From Asterias rubens (lineage: Eukaryota): a stretch of 64,000 nucleotides of DNA. A model generated the notes under the pieces. The model saw only the letters and a program-made list of their open reading frames with translations, was not told where the DNA came from and did not search any database. Of this stretch, positions 1 to 12,000 are shown piece by piece. The DNA lies in the NCBI RefSeq assembly GCF_902459465.1, contig NC_047077.1, positions 3,906,001-3,970,000 of the forward strand, in the 5' to 3' direction. Numbering within the stretch: position 1 is the first letter of the stretch; the number at the start of each line of letters is the position of its first letter. A program made the position numbers and the translations under genes.

Positions 1-119
1 AATATTTTAAAAAGTTTGAAGTTGGAAAAAGTAGTACATGTATTTAAAAAAAAAAAAAAAAGTTTTGGAGTAGAACAAAAAATTAGAACTATAATCAAAA
101 ACAAATAAATAACCACAAT

Positions 120-300
120 AACTTTTAATAAATCCGCGAACAAAAAATTCGAACTTTATTTAAAAACAAATAAATAACCACAATAACTTTAAATCAATCC
201 GCGAATCCGCGAACTTTTAATAAATCCGCGAACAAAAAATTAGAACTGTATTTAAAAAAAAAAAACATAACCACAATTACTTTTAATAAATCCGCGAATG
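120..300. repeat. Degenerate AT-rich tandem repeat (AATCCGCGAAC...CATAACCACAAT units)
   Basis: The motif taaatccgcgaa recurs about 5 times with ~60-bp spacing. Confidence 0.6.
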
Positions 301-657
301 CTTTGTCTTTTCGATAACCAATTAGCTAGTTTTCTGAATTTAATTATGGTGCATTGCCAAAAAGGACGGCACAGCCACGTAACAGTTTCTTGGCACCGAT
401 TTCGCCGTTGGTGTAACCATACTGTCCCAGTGTCTAGTGGGGGTGACGCGCGGCATCCCGATAGTGAATATTCCCCGCTAGTATAACTAGAAGATCACCA
501 GAGGCTCGTAGTGCTGTGGTGATGACCAAGCATAGATGAATCAAACTGGATTCACCAACTTAAGACAGTCCAAACTTCTCAAAATAAACACTTGTGAAAT
601 AATTTTCCATCACCCTCAGGTTCACTTCTGCTTGATAATTTATTTGATGCACCATGC

Positions 658-860
658 ACTGGCGACTTTGTTAGGGGGCGACAGTGTCGGGGGGGCGACT
701 TTGTTGGGGGGCGACTCTGTCAGGGGGCGACTTTGTGAGGGGCGACTTTGACAGGGGGCGACTTTGTAAATGAGGGGGCGACTTTGCTGGGGGGCGACTT
801 TGTAGTGGGCGACTTTGCTGGGGGGCGACTTTGTTGTGGGCGACTTTGCTGGGGGGCGAG
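658..860 (+). repeat. G-rich short-period array (GGGGCGACTTTG)n
   Basis: About 11 copies of ggggcgactttg with 17-21 bp period. Confidence 0.85.
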
Positions 861-1278
861 ATGACTGGTTTCCGTTATATATATAGCCCCATCAATCATC
901 ACACATCACTGCTTCAAATAAGAAAATAGTCATTTTATATAGTGCCAATACGCTGGACCCCTCACAAGTCATGGGTATTGGCACTATTGATAGGCATAGG
1001 GCTACCTCTTTCAATTAATTCTGCAAATACGCTGGACTCCAAGCCAGAACCTCTACTGCAAATGTAATCTGCATGGCTCTACAGAGCCAACCCAGATGAG
1101 ATATGAACAGGATGGCGGCACTAGAACCATGCTAGAATTTTAGAACTTATAAATAAGCAAAAGTAGAACGTAATTTTAATTTAAGAACTATATTTTAAAC
1201 AGGACTAAGGCGTTGGTAAAAACTATTGTTTGATTGTATTCCATGAAAAGACAATTTAAAGAGTAAGACCTCCCCTAC

Positions 1279-1369
1279 CTGTATATGTCACGGGAGCAAT
1301 GCAGTAATCGTTAAACAAATATGAGAACAAGTTTCCGAAGTTCCCCTTCTCTCTCTCGCGCCGGTGCAT
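1279..1369 (-). CDS. Candidate first coding exon of an unidentified divergently transcribed gene
   Basis: An ATG opens 30 codons (MHRREREKGNFGNLFSYLFNDYCIAPVTYT) directly into a donor ACAG|GTAGGG, with CpG-rich sequence upstream. No product recognised and no second exon found in the window. Confidence 0.3.
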
Positions 1370-2495
1370 GTCAACAATCAGGATAGTAGACTTGATTCAA
1401 GTCCCGTTCTCGTGTGAGAGGTCCCTAAGCTTATCGCGCTCGCCGTTAAAATGAACCTGTACGTCGTATGTCCCTTAGGCGATGGCACGGGATTGGGACT
1501 TGAGTCAAGTCTAGGATCCACGCGCCGCTTAAAAGTTTAGGGAGATATGGCACGCCAAAGTTGAAATTTTTAATAAAAACTGTGCGCCATGCAAACAGTG
1601 AAAAAGTAAACAATGCAAGTAAAACCGAGTCAAGATATAATTCTCGTGACCTAGGCCAAACAAAATCAAAGTTCTGTTTCCGATTACATGCCATCTCAAA
1701 ATAGGGTAGGTAAGTATAGGGATTTTGTTTTCTTAAGTTTTGGTTTGTGTTGGAAACACTCACCCGTATTTGACCCTTGGAGATCAACAAATGACACAAA
1801 CAGAGTCGACTCATTGCAAGTGACTATGCCTATGTTTTACGGAATGATGCACATGACTACCCCTCAATCAATGAACAGGCATTAAAACGTCAATGGATTA
1901 AAGTAAGTGAAGTAAGTCAAGAATAATATGAAAAGCTTAATTGCATACATTCAAAGCACACTAACATCACCATCAGCACAGTCACAGAACATTAGCATGC
2001 GATGCAGACGAGTGGAGACCATAGAGCTGGTTGAGACAAATTTCAGAAACACGGGTCATTCAATAATAAATTCTTGTCATTTCATTTGTAGGTTTTATTT
2101 TATTTTACAAAGTATTAAAACAAATAGAAATTTAACTGAAGGGAAAAAATCATCCAACCCTCACCCACCCCTTTAAAACAATTCATTTTTCAAATCCTTC
2201 AATGGGGAAACTTTGTTTTCTAAATCAATTCAAAAAGGGAATCCATCAGGAAGTGATTTCATTTTGGGGGGATGGCTATTTTGATGTGCAGAAATTGCTG
2301 CCCGTCCGTTCGTCCGTCCTATCGTGAAGAAAGCTCTTTTTTACATTTCGTTTTTGAATAGGTCACAAAAGATTTCTTTGCTACTCCTTCTACCTCCATG
2401 TTGCTCCGTCCCAAAATCTTATTTCTACTTCGTATTTGTTTAAGGAATCCGTCTGTTCAATAAGACCGTTTTTGCCCCATATTTATGAACATTAA

Positions 2496-2868
2496 AGGAA
2501 CACGTTGCCTTGGATCGGACGAGTTGGTCTATAAAAAAGCGTTTGTAACCGTTTGTTATAAAATGCATATGGTTGGAAAGATAATTTAAAAGTAGAATAC
2601 AATGATCCACACAAGTTTGCCTTGAAATTGCGTGGTTTTCCTTTTACTGTGCGAACGAACACGGTCGGCCATTTATGGGAGTCAAAAATTTTACTCCCAT
2701 AAATGGCCGACCGTGTTAGCCGACGAGGTAAAAGGAAAACCGTGCAATTTCGAGGCATGTTTGTGTGGATCATTGTATTCCACTTTTACAGCATCTTTCT
2801 ACCCATATGCATATTATAACAAACGCTTTTCAATGACCAACTCGACCGATCCAAGACAACGTGTTCCT
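2496..2868. mobile_element. Foldback MITE family A (TTAA TSD, AGG...CCT termini; Kolobok-like), copy 1
   Basis: ttaa|aggaacacgttgccttggatcgg ... ccgatccaagacaacgtgttcct|ttaa. The element is nearly palindromic throughout, with a central atttatgggagt/actcccataaat hairpin. Confidence 0.88.
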
Positions 2869-2999
2869 TTAACACCCGGGTCAAAGTTGATGTACCGGTA
2901 TAGAGGTCCATCGCGGCTTTGATATTAACTGCAAATGCATATTTCTTATACATATTTCATTTTTGTATTTTGTGCACTCCATAAACACGTTTTTTAGTT

Positions 3000-3132
3000 T
3001 TGGTGCGCATGCGTGCACCTACCCTCAAAGCGCCATGTTGCTGCCTAGCTGCATGGCAGCATGCCTGCTCTCTATATATCCCTCCATCCATACGTCCGTA
3101 CCCGCATTGCATACGGCCATTCGGTCTTTCGT
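3000..3132 (+). promoter_or_regulatory. RPLP0 core promoter: NRF1-like, YY1-like, TATA-like and TCT-like motifs
   Basis: TGCGCATGCG at 3004-3013, GCGCCATGTT at ~3030-3039, TATATAT at 3073-3079, and T-C-TTT-C at 3125-3130 (partial match to the TCT initiator of ribosomal protein genes), all in CpG-rich sequence. Confidence 0.55.
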
Positions 3133-3150
3133 CAATTGATTTCAACACAG
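3126..3150 (+). other. RPLP0: RPLP0 non-coding exon 1 (5'-TOP-like start)
   Basis: Begins at pyrimidine-rich CTTTC and ends at a strong donor CAG|GTAAGA (3151). The next acceptor is at 5983, and exon 2 starts at 5984 with the ATG at 6026. The TSS position is inferred. Confidence 0.65.
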
Positions 3151-4321
3151 GTAAGAGGTGTTTTGGGAAGTCCAAAAGAACATGCCACATTTTGTTTATT
3201 TTACGCGTAAATAATCATCTTTTTCTTACCTTTTACAATTCATTTGTTATTGACACCATTTGTTACTCAATTTTGTTCTCAAATGTGCCACATTTAATGA
3301 CTTAATTAATAAATGAAATATAAACGCAATTTGGAAATGCATGCCGTTTGACGATTCACATTTGTAGCGGTGGTGCGCGGCGGGTCACTATCCTAATACG
3401 TGGCCTTTGAACTGGTACTACTGCCGCTGGTGTGTGTGGTGGTTACCGCTCGAGGTTATAAATGCATGAATTTCGATAAAATAGTGGCAATCACATAGAA
3501 AATACTTGCTTGAAAAAGTAAATAATTATTTGTAAGGTGATTTTCTTTAGTTCTGCCTATATAATTCACTTTTAATTGTTTTACTTTAATTTGTGGGCAC
3601 GTTTTTTTAAACCTTATTTAATATTTTTAGTTATTTCATTCACCGATTCAGACAGAAAAAAAGCACTACGATCATGACGATCTTTCTGAACCTCTCTCTG
3701 TCAATATATGGCGGTATTTTTTCAAATTGAAGTCAAGAGAGGGTGATATTAATAAGCCACTTTGGAATGTCAGCGGTGCATGTCTGTTACTGTTGACAAC
3801 GAACTTTGTCTATCTCCCATAAATTGTCAAAAAAAGGTTTACGGGAGATGGACAAAATCCATTGTCAGCAGTAACAGACATGCGCAGCTGACATTCCGAA
3901 GTGGCTTATTGAAAACCCTGACCCGATTTATTTGTCTTAAAGTTCAAAAATGGCTGCGGAGTCGGGTCGGTGACCATGCTCTGAATCTTTTTGATGTGTG
4001 AAAAATTAGGTAAACTTTTGCCCTTTTTCGGTATGTAAAATCGAAGCAACATCAATTTGAAAAACCTCTTTTTTTTGTGCGGCCAGAATAGGAAATATCA
4101 ATATCGCGCTACCTCTAACAATGCTATAAAAATATTCCTTCTGAAATAAAACAGAAGCTAAAATGATAATTTTAGTAAAGTAGTTACAAAATTGTTACAA
4201 TGTAGTAGCCATTATTATGCTCTGGCGAGGGTTGTAGACCAAAGCATTTCATAGAATCCAATACAAATATTTAGCCTATATTTAAATGGGCGGGGGGTGG
4301 GGGTTGATTTCGAAGGGAAGT

Positions 4322-4981
4322 CAGGGGTTTCCCTTAACATTTTTTTTCAATCGCCCGCCGGGCGAGTCAACGCCCTCTGTTGGCAAAAGTTGTCCATGTT
4401 ATTGGAACTCTTCCAAGGCTGTACAGTGTGCACAGTCTGCAGGCATTATGCACAACGTGCGGCAATTCTTTACTCTGTACATGTACATGAACGTGTACTG
4501 CATTGAAGTCTAGTCAAGAAAATCATGAATATGGAACTATCAACAGCCACCAACGGCCAATCACAGCGTGCAGAGTGTTGGTCAGAATGGACTTTGGACG
4601 ACCGTGTGTGTTGTGTATGTGCTGTGCATACCGCATGGTCCATGGACCAGTGGGCGACCGTATACTGTGGGGATACTCGGCACCATGTGTTTGTGCATCG
4701 TGTTTTCAATTGACTGTACGTGTTTTCTGAAACCAACGACGGCAATTCCGGTCCCGATCAAGGCAAAATTTAATCTAGCAAGTATCTAGAATTTTAAAAC
4801 TTACTAGTTTAAAAGATTTAGTAAAAGTTTTCTGTGTGATTTTGCCACTGAACCCTCATTTATATGTGAAAAGGAATAATTATTTGACTCGCCCAGCGGG
4901 CTAGTGAGAAAGGGTTTTCACTCGCCCGCCGCTATTTTCACTCGCATTTGGCGACCGGGCGACCGCTAATTTCGATCCCTG
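4322..4981. mobile_element. Non-autonomous CAGGG...CCCTG element with 5-bp TSD (hAT-like)
   Basis: gaagt|cagggg ... gatccctg|gaagt, with subterminal CGCCCG/CGGGCG motifs at both ends. Confidence 0.6.
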
Positions 4982-6025
4982 GAAGTGTGCACCATTTCGC
5001 CAAAATTTGAATACTTTTTTTAGCAATCAAAACCCACAAAAAGGGTACCCGAATGATCACCAAGCGATTTTCCCCGAATGAGAGAGTTGATTTTCCGCAA
5101 CGTCGGCTGTGTTGTTGCACATAATGCTGTGGACTGTACCATTATGGAAAAGGGTTGCTATTGCTAACAGGAGCTTGCAAAATTAGGACAACAGAGGGCG
5201 TTGTGCAACTGTTTGTTGTTTGATTATTATCATGGTTTTTTTTATAAAAATAGTTGTAAAAAAATTAATATGTTCTTTATTTATGTTTTGTATCAGTACA
5301 AAAGTTTCTATATTGCTTTCTAATGAATTTTAGCGCAAACTTTTATGAACGAATTTATTGGGGATGGGGTTGGACAAAATGAAACAACCCATGTCAGAAA
5401 CGGCTTTGGAAACATGCAATTGTTTGTTTTATTAATTCATTGAAGAAGAAAAAAGGCGTTGACGGTGGAAGCCTGAAATTTAAATGCTTGTCAGAAGAGG
5501 GCGCTTCTCATACACTATTAAATAATTTGTACAGGTTAAGGAAATGTTACGTAATAAAATAAATGCTATAAAAATAGGGGGTACCATTTCTATGACCGTC
5601 ACATTATTTTCAACACCTTTATAATTGTTCTTAACAATTAGAATTACTCATGAAAGTTATGTTGTACTGTTTTCACTGCTGATAGAAAGATCATATTAAC
5701 AGCTAAATTGGGTTTCATTCTTTTTTAACAACAATTTATCACCTCTTTTTAAAATGGAGTGTCCCAAAACAATATTGCAAAAAAAAAAATGCCTTTTTGG
5801 TTAAAAGGCGTAATAAAGTAAGAAATTCTGTACAACTTATCCGGGCGCTGATCGGTGCGCCCTCCCAAAACAATAGTCTGTGGAGAACACTGACAAGTCT
5901 ATCCGCTCTAGATAAGATTGTTCGTGGTTTTATATGAAGCATTTCTAGATGTAAAAATGATGTTATTTTATTTTTCAATAAAGGTCTGTCTTTAAACCAA
6001 GAGGCAATCCCTGAGACACATCAAG

Positions 6026-6079
6026 ATGCCCAGGGAAGACAGATCAACATGGAAGGCAAACTACTTCCTCAAACTTGTG
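6026..6079 (+). CDS. RPLP0: RPLP0 coding exon 1
   Basis: [18 protein letters not shown]|gtaagt. Confidence 0.95.
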
Positions 6080-9000
6080 GTAAGTTAGTTTATGTGTTTG
6101 CATGTGGGTATGTATCATTCAAACTGGGGACCCGTAACGGAAGAGGACAATAGAGTCCACACTTCAGGAAAGGACCACAGTTGGAAAACATGTACAAAAC
6201 TACTGGGAGCTGTTGCAAAAAGTTAATTAACAAAAGAGGAAAAATATGAGGTCCACCGTTGCAGGCGTAAACAAGCTTGTGTGTGTTGGTGTGGTTATAT
6301 ACACATTCAAATCGGGGACCTTAGAACAACAGCAATCAATTAGTCTCCAGGTGTGTAAAGGTCCCAAGTTAAAAAGTGTGTACAAAACCAAGGAGAGTAC
6401 CAACTGAGAGGGACATACAGGGTCCCAGATTAATACTGTTTACAAATATGTCAACAAGCGGGGGTGTTTGTGCCTCTTTTTAGTGCATTCAAATGCGGAC
6501 AACGAACTTATGCTGTGAAGTCATATTTTACAATTTCCCTGCTAAATTTGGAGGCCTTAAATTAATAATTTAAAAAAAAAGGAAAAAAAAAGATCAACAG
6601 AAACGTTTAAGAAATTGAATGTCATGACTTTTACAATATGAAACTGTTTGTTTTCAGCAACTATTTGATGAATATCCAAAGTGTTTCATTGTTGGAGTAG
6701 ACAATGTGGGTTCCAAGCAGATGCAGCAGATCCGCGGGTCACTGCGAGGCACTGGAGGTAATCACACAGTATTATTGTATATCCTATATTAAAAAATTGA
6801 TTTGTTAAAAGTTAACGGCATAGCTCTTGAAGTTTTTACCAAACAAATGAAGTTGGTAATCTTGGAATGGCATGACTTACCAGGGCTCGAATTTGGGGAA
6901 AAATCCACAAGACCGCAGGGCTTGTTGCTCAGAATTTTTACTGGACCGGAAGATTTTTTACAAGACCAAAATTTTATTAGGAAAAAAAAAAGTTAACACG
7001 ATAGAACAGCAGGCCTTTTTCATCCCTTAGGAGGCTTTTTTTTTGCTGTGAAACCCAATCAATAAAGTTCCATATACCTACTTCACGTCATTCTCGCCGC
7101 CTCAAAAAAAAAAATTTTGATTTGATGGTCAAATCACCAACAAAACACTGCAACGTGCAGCATTCATAAAAAGATCGTCATAAAAAAAGATTGACTAAAA
7201 GTTTGACAGCAGTAGTCAGAAGCTCATCACTGTTGGTAGCCATACTAAGCAAGACGTTTGGCAACAAGACCTTACTTGTAATCCATGCAACACAGGGATG
7301 TGTGGTATTGCAACCAGACCTTCTTAATGCAAATTCAACACTCCTTTGTAAGGTAACAGACTTTACACATGGTCAGTGGTAAACAAACATCGCTGTACTA
7401 AGGTGTGCCGCCGCGCCGGGTACCAACACATCCCTCCCTCGTCCCCTCTCGCTCACTCCCCGGGTGCATAAACATAAATGGTTTGAGACTAGATGCACAA
7501 GGTGTGGGCATGAGTAAACTGAATGGAAAACTTGTATGCAGCCTGATGCACGTGAAAAAGGACGGATTGACGTTCCGCAAGCGTGCTCAGAACACTGATT
7601 TGACGACAAGTAAAACAAAAACTTTTATTCTAAATGAGATTGAAATACATTTTTTAATGAAAGATAATATATTTCATATAATTATTTGTAATAGTAACTA
7701 TATTAGTATGCATAAAAAAAACCACAAGACCGCCGGACTTGTTCGGCATAAAGTTTACTGGACCGAAGCTAAAATCACTGGCCTCGGGCCTGCGGTCCAG
7801 CGTGAAATTCAAGCCCTGCTAACTTGATTTGACCTTTTTCTTGTTTCCAGTGGTACTGATGGGTAAGAATACCATGATGCGTAAAGCTATTCGTGGACAT
7901 CTAGAGGCCAACCCAGACCTGGAAAGGTAAGCTCTACCTCATCTCCATTGTCTTTTCTTTTTCTAGTAGGATGCCAGTTTCTAGTGATTGACAGAATTTA
8001 CACTTTTCATATTCTCAAAGAAACCCTCATTCCTTGAGCCCCCCAAAACACCTTGCCGGGTGTCTTTATTAAAACCTAGTCATGTTTTAATTAGACATTC
8101 ATATACTGTTTTAATGCAATCGCGTAATGTGCTTATCACTGACAGATGGTGTATGCTCTTGTTTACTAACTGACAAAATTACTTTTGAATTCTATGTGTT
8201 CATTTTATCTGTGCATTTCAGAACCATGGATAAACAACCGTGAAATTTTTATTATTTATAGCCAGTCAAGGTTTGTTATCTTGTCAACAATCGTTCTAAA
8301 ATATAGAAAGTAACAAGTTCAGACAAAATTAATCTCTGTTTGGGTAAATAATCAACTTCTAAGTAATTAGTTTTTTGTTACATTGTCATGCTACATTACC
8401 AATTTGTCATATGACACTATTCATTTTTAGATTGCTGCCCCATATCAAAGGGAATGTTGGCTTCGTGTTCACCAAGGCCGACTTGACTGAGGTCCGCCAG
8501 ATTATCATAGACAACAAGGTAAAGATTGAAAAGGGTTTTGTTTTGTTAATATGTACAAGTGATGATTAATGTAAAGCTTGAGTGTACCAAAACCCCAAAA
8601 GAGTTGAGCTATATAGTTTGTTTGTTAATTGAACAGGTTGCTGCACCTGCCAAGGCTGGCGCTCTTGCTCCTGTTGATGTGTTCATTGATGCACACAACA
8701 CAGGCCTTGGTCCAGAGAAAACATCTTTCTTCCAGGCTTTGTCCATCCAGACCAAGATCTCCAGAGGAACCATTGAAATCTTGGTAAGAGCAGTTAATCT
8801 CCCAATGTGTCTTAAACATTGTGTGTGCCTGCAATACATTGTCAAGCTCTTCTTCACATGTCTTTGTTGTGGGTCATGTACATCTTGGGAATTAGCGGGC
8901 TACATGCCTGTGTCACAGACACAATTCACGGTTGTCACTTTTTATGAATGAAAAAAAAAACATTTGACTGACTTATTTTTGTAGGTAAGAAGTTGACACA

Positions 9001-12000
9001 CAGACCATCATTGCTGATACAGCACAAATAACAGGATTATTGATAGCTATAGTGTATGTGTAACAAGTCATTGACCATTGGAAACTCTTGATGTAAACCT
9101 GTGACATCTAGCACTTCAAAATAAAAGAGAGACTGTCATGGGTAATCAATGAAATATAAGTATAACCGTCTACATTATTCTATTAATTTATTCAGGTAAG
9201 TGCTGCAAATATCTTACTGTAAATAATCAAGAGTAACTTTTCCTAGGAGCTATGTGTGCCTACCATGCTGTTCATGGCTGGTTTAGCATAGGCACCAGCA
9301 TGGACCATGGTGTCTATTGATGGCTTTTTACCAAACACCATGTACCACAACAATTCTAGCAAAGCGACACACGTGACTTGACAAGAGACTTAAACCAATG
9401 CCTGCTGATTTGATAAGTGTAACTGACTTAATGTCTGTAGGTCATCCCTCAAAAGAGTATCCAGTTAGATTGAAATTAGTTAATTCTTTCTCTTAAATGA
9501 TTGTTTAGTATTATTACACAAATGATAAACAAACTTAAGTTGTCTGTAGTGATTTGATGCTTGATTTGAATACCTGTATAGTGTTAGTTCAGTTTGTGTA
9601 TGAACATGTGTTTTTGTTGTTGTTCATTAATTCAGTCCAAGGTTCACTTGATCAAGAAGGATGAGAAAGTTGGAGCCTCTGAAGCAACTCTACTCAACAT
9701 GTTGAAGGTGTCTCCATTCTCCTATGGGCTGAAGATCTTACAAGGTAAGACTACCAAACCAGATGTATTATTCAGCACTTGGTAGACAATTTCTCAACAA
9801 GTAAACAAAGGTTGGCTATTCATCAGATAATGCATTATTAGCTTTTATTTGATATTACAAACTTGTGTTTTGACCATGATAACTTGTCAGCTTCAAACGT
9901 GGCTGCTGCTGCAATGCGTGAGAGTCAATGTGTGAATGCTGTGTCAGCTAGTATTAACACCCAGTGACATTGACTCACAAAATGGCACAACCAACATTAG
10001 AGTGATAATGTTGTCAAGTGAACTGGGATTAGGAGAAAATCCAACATCAACAACTTGTGGTTTTGGATTTTTGAGACATTGTTCACAACATTTTTAACAG
10101 AACATGATATTATTTCACTTTGAGCAAGATTTACTTCTCTTTTGGCTGTCTGAAGAAATGATTCTGATTCCAATTTAAAGTCACTAATATTGTTTTTGGG
10201 GTGTTTTTTTTTTGCCTTCTATTTTGGAAATTACTTCTTTGCTTTTAGTTTAATTATTGTATATTGTTAGTGTTTACACCATGCTTTTATCAACAACAAA
10301 ATTGATATGAGGTATGCAAGTTTGACTCAAAATGTTAAGGTTACAATGAGCTCATACGACTAATTGAATACAAGTCAACTCTCAATAACATGACTCTAGC
10401 GGCTGTTTGTTAAAGGAACACGTTGCCAACGAGTTGGTCTTTGAAAAGCGTTTGTAATCGTTTTTTTATAAAATGCATATGGGTAGAAAGATGCTGTAAA
10501 AGTAGAATACAATGATCCACACAAACATGCCTCGAATTTGCGTGGTTTTCCTTTTACCTCGTCGACTAACACGGTTGGCCATTTATGGGAGTCAGATTTT
10601 TTACTCCCATAAATGGCCGACCGTGTTAGTTCTCACAGTAAAAGGAAAACCAAGCAATTTCGAGGCAAACCTGTGTGGATCATTGTATTCTACTTTCAAA
10701 ACGTCTTTCCAACCATATGCATTTTATAAAAAAAACGGTTACAAACGCTTTTTATAGACCAACTCGTCCGATCCCAGGTAACGTGTTCCTTTAAACAAAA
10801 CGTTCATTAACTTCAAACATCCTTTCATTAGTTTAATATTTCATTAGTATAAAAAGTTTCAATTTTGCTGTACTAAAAATGCAGTCTGGTCCCACTTGTG
10901 GTTTGTTGGAATTGGTGACGGCCAATTATTGAATGTTTGTTTTGTGTGTTTCTTATTATTTTAAACTTGAATGTTTTATTGGCAGTGTGCGAGGGTGGCA
11001 CCGTGTTCCATCCTAGTATCTTGGATATTACTGATGAAGACATGCTCAATAAGTTTGCTGAGGTAGGTGTCAAGTGTCATGCACACAACTTTTCATTATT
11101 TAGTCAGCTATGATTTCCTTGGACCATATTTGTCTTAAATTGGTTTTCATGTTTGTGTTGAGAGTTAATGTCTTGTATGGGAGCTTGTACACAATCCACT
11201 TCATTGTTATTTGATCCAGTTGGTAACTGTTCCCTTTTTTTAAACTTAAGAAAAGGGAGAAATGTAATCTTCCAAAAACCAATTCTTTAAATGGACCGAG
11301 TACCACGGTTCTTCTTGCCATGGTATTCTGGGATTGTGCTGACGATACTGGTCTGAAAAGCTCCTTTAAATCTCTAACTCTAGCAATAAAGGTAGATAAA
11401 GTTGCTGATGTTATTGTGTTTTGATATATGTAGGGTGTACGTCGAGTAGCCAGTGTGTGTCTACAGATTGGATATCCAACCCAAGCTAGTGTACCACACT
11501 CTCTCATCAATGGCTTTAAGAGACTACTTGCTATTGCTTGTGCAACTGACATTGAGTTCAAGGAAGCTGAGCAGGTTTGTGCTTTAGTCTTGTATCCCCC
11601 CCCCCCAATACTCCAGTGCAGTGTAATGTTTTAATGAAGCATGTTTACTTCACTCGAACTTCACACCTTTGGTTATCAATGCAGAAGGGATTGCAATGTT
11701 CTTGCTGTCCAAGATTAGTTAACTATTGGCCTATAATAATTATAATGTAGTCTTATTATAGCACATGTGTCCCCAATTAAAGAAACCAAACGTGGTATTC
11801 CAAGTTGATGAATTACAGCAGTGCAATGAAAGAGATGGCCCAGACCATGGCTTTGTTATTGGTATTGCAACTGGACATGAGTTGAGTGGATGCATCTGAT
11901 GATGATGACAAACATTGAGTTGAGTCTGTTACTAGATGGTATTAGTGCCAGCAATGGCAGAACCCACTAATATCGGTAACAGATCAAGAGTAATATCTGC

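Noticed and set aside
7405-7827. 140-aa ORF in an RPLP0 intron
   Set aside because: It lies inside the non-autonomous element 6881-7818 and has no transposase motifs
8543-8590. Box C (GTGATGA) in a short RPLP0 intron
   Set aside because: No CTGA box D, and the gtac/gtac-closed unit is only ~40 nt
9905-10055. H/ACA snoRNA in RPLP0 intron 7 (gagtcaatgt/acattgactc stem, ACATTA, ACA)
   Set aside because: The second hairpin has no room for a guide pocket and the pairings conflict
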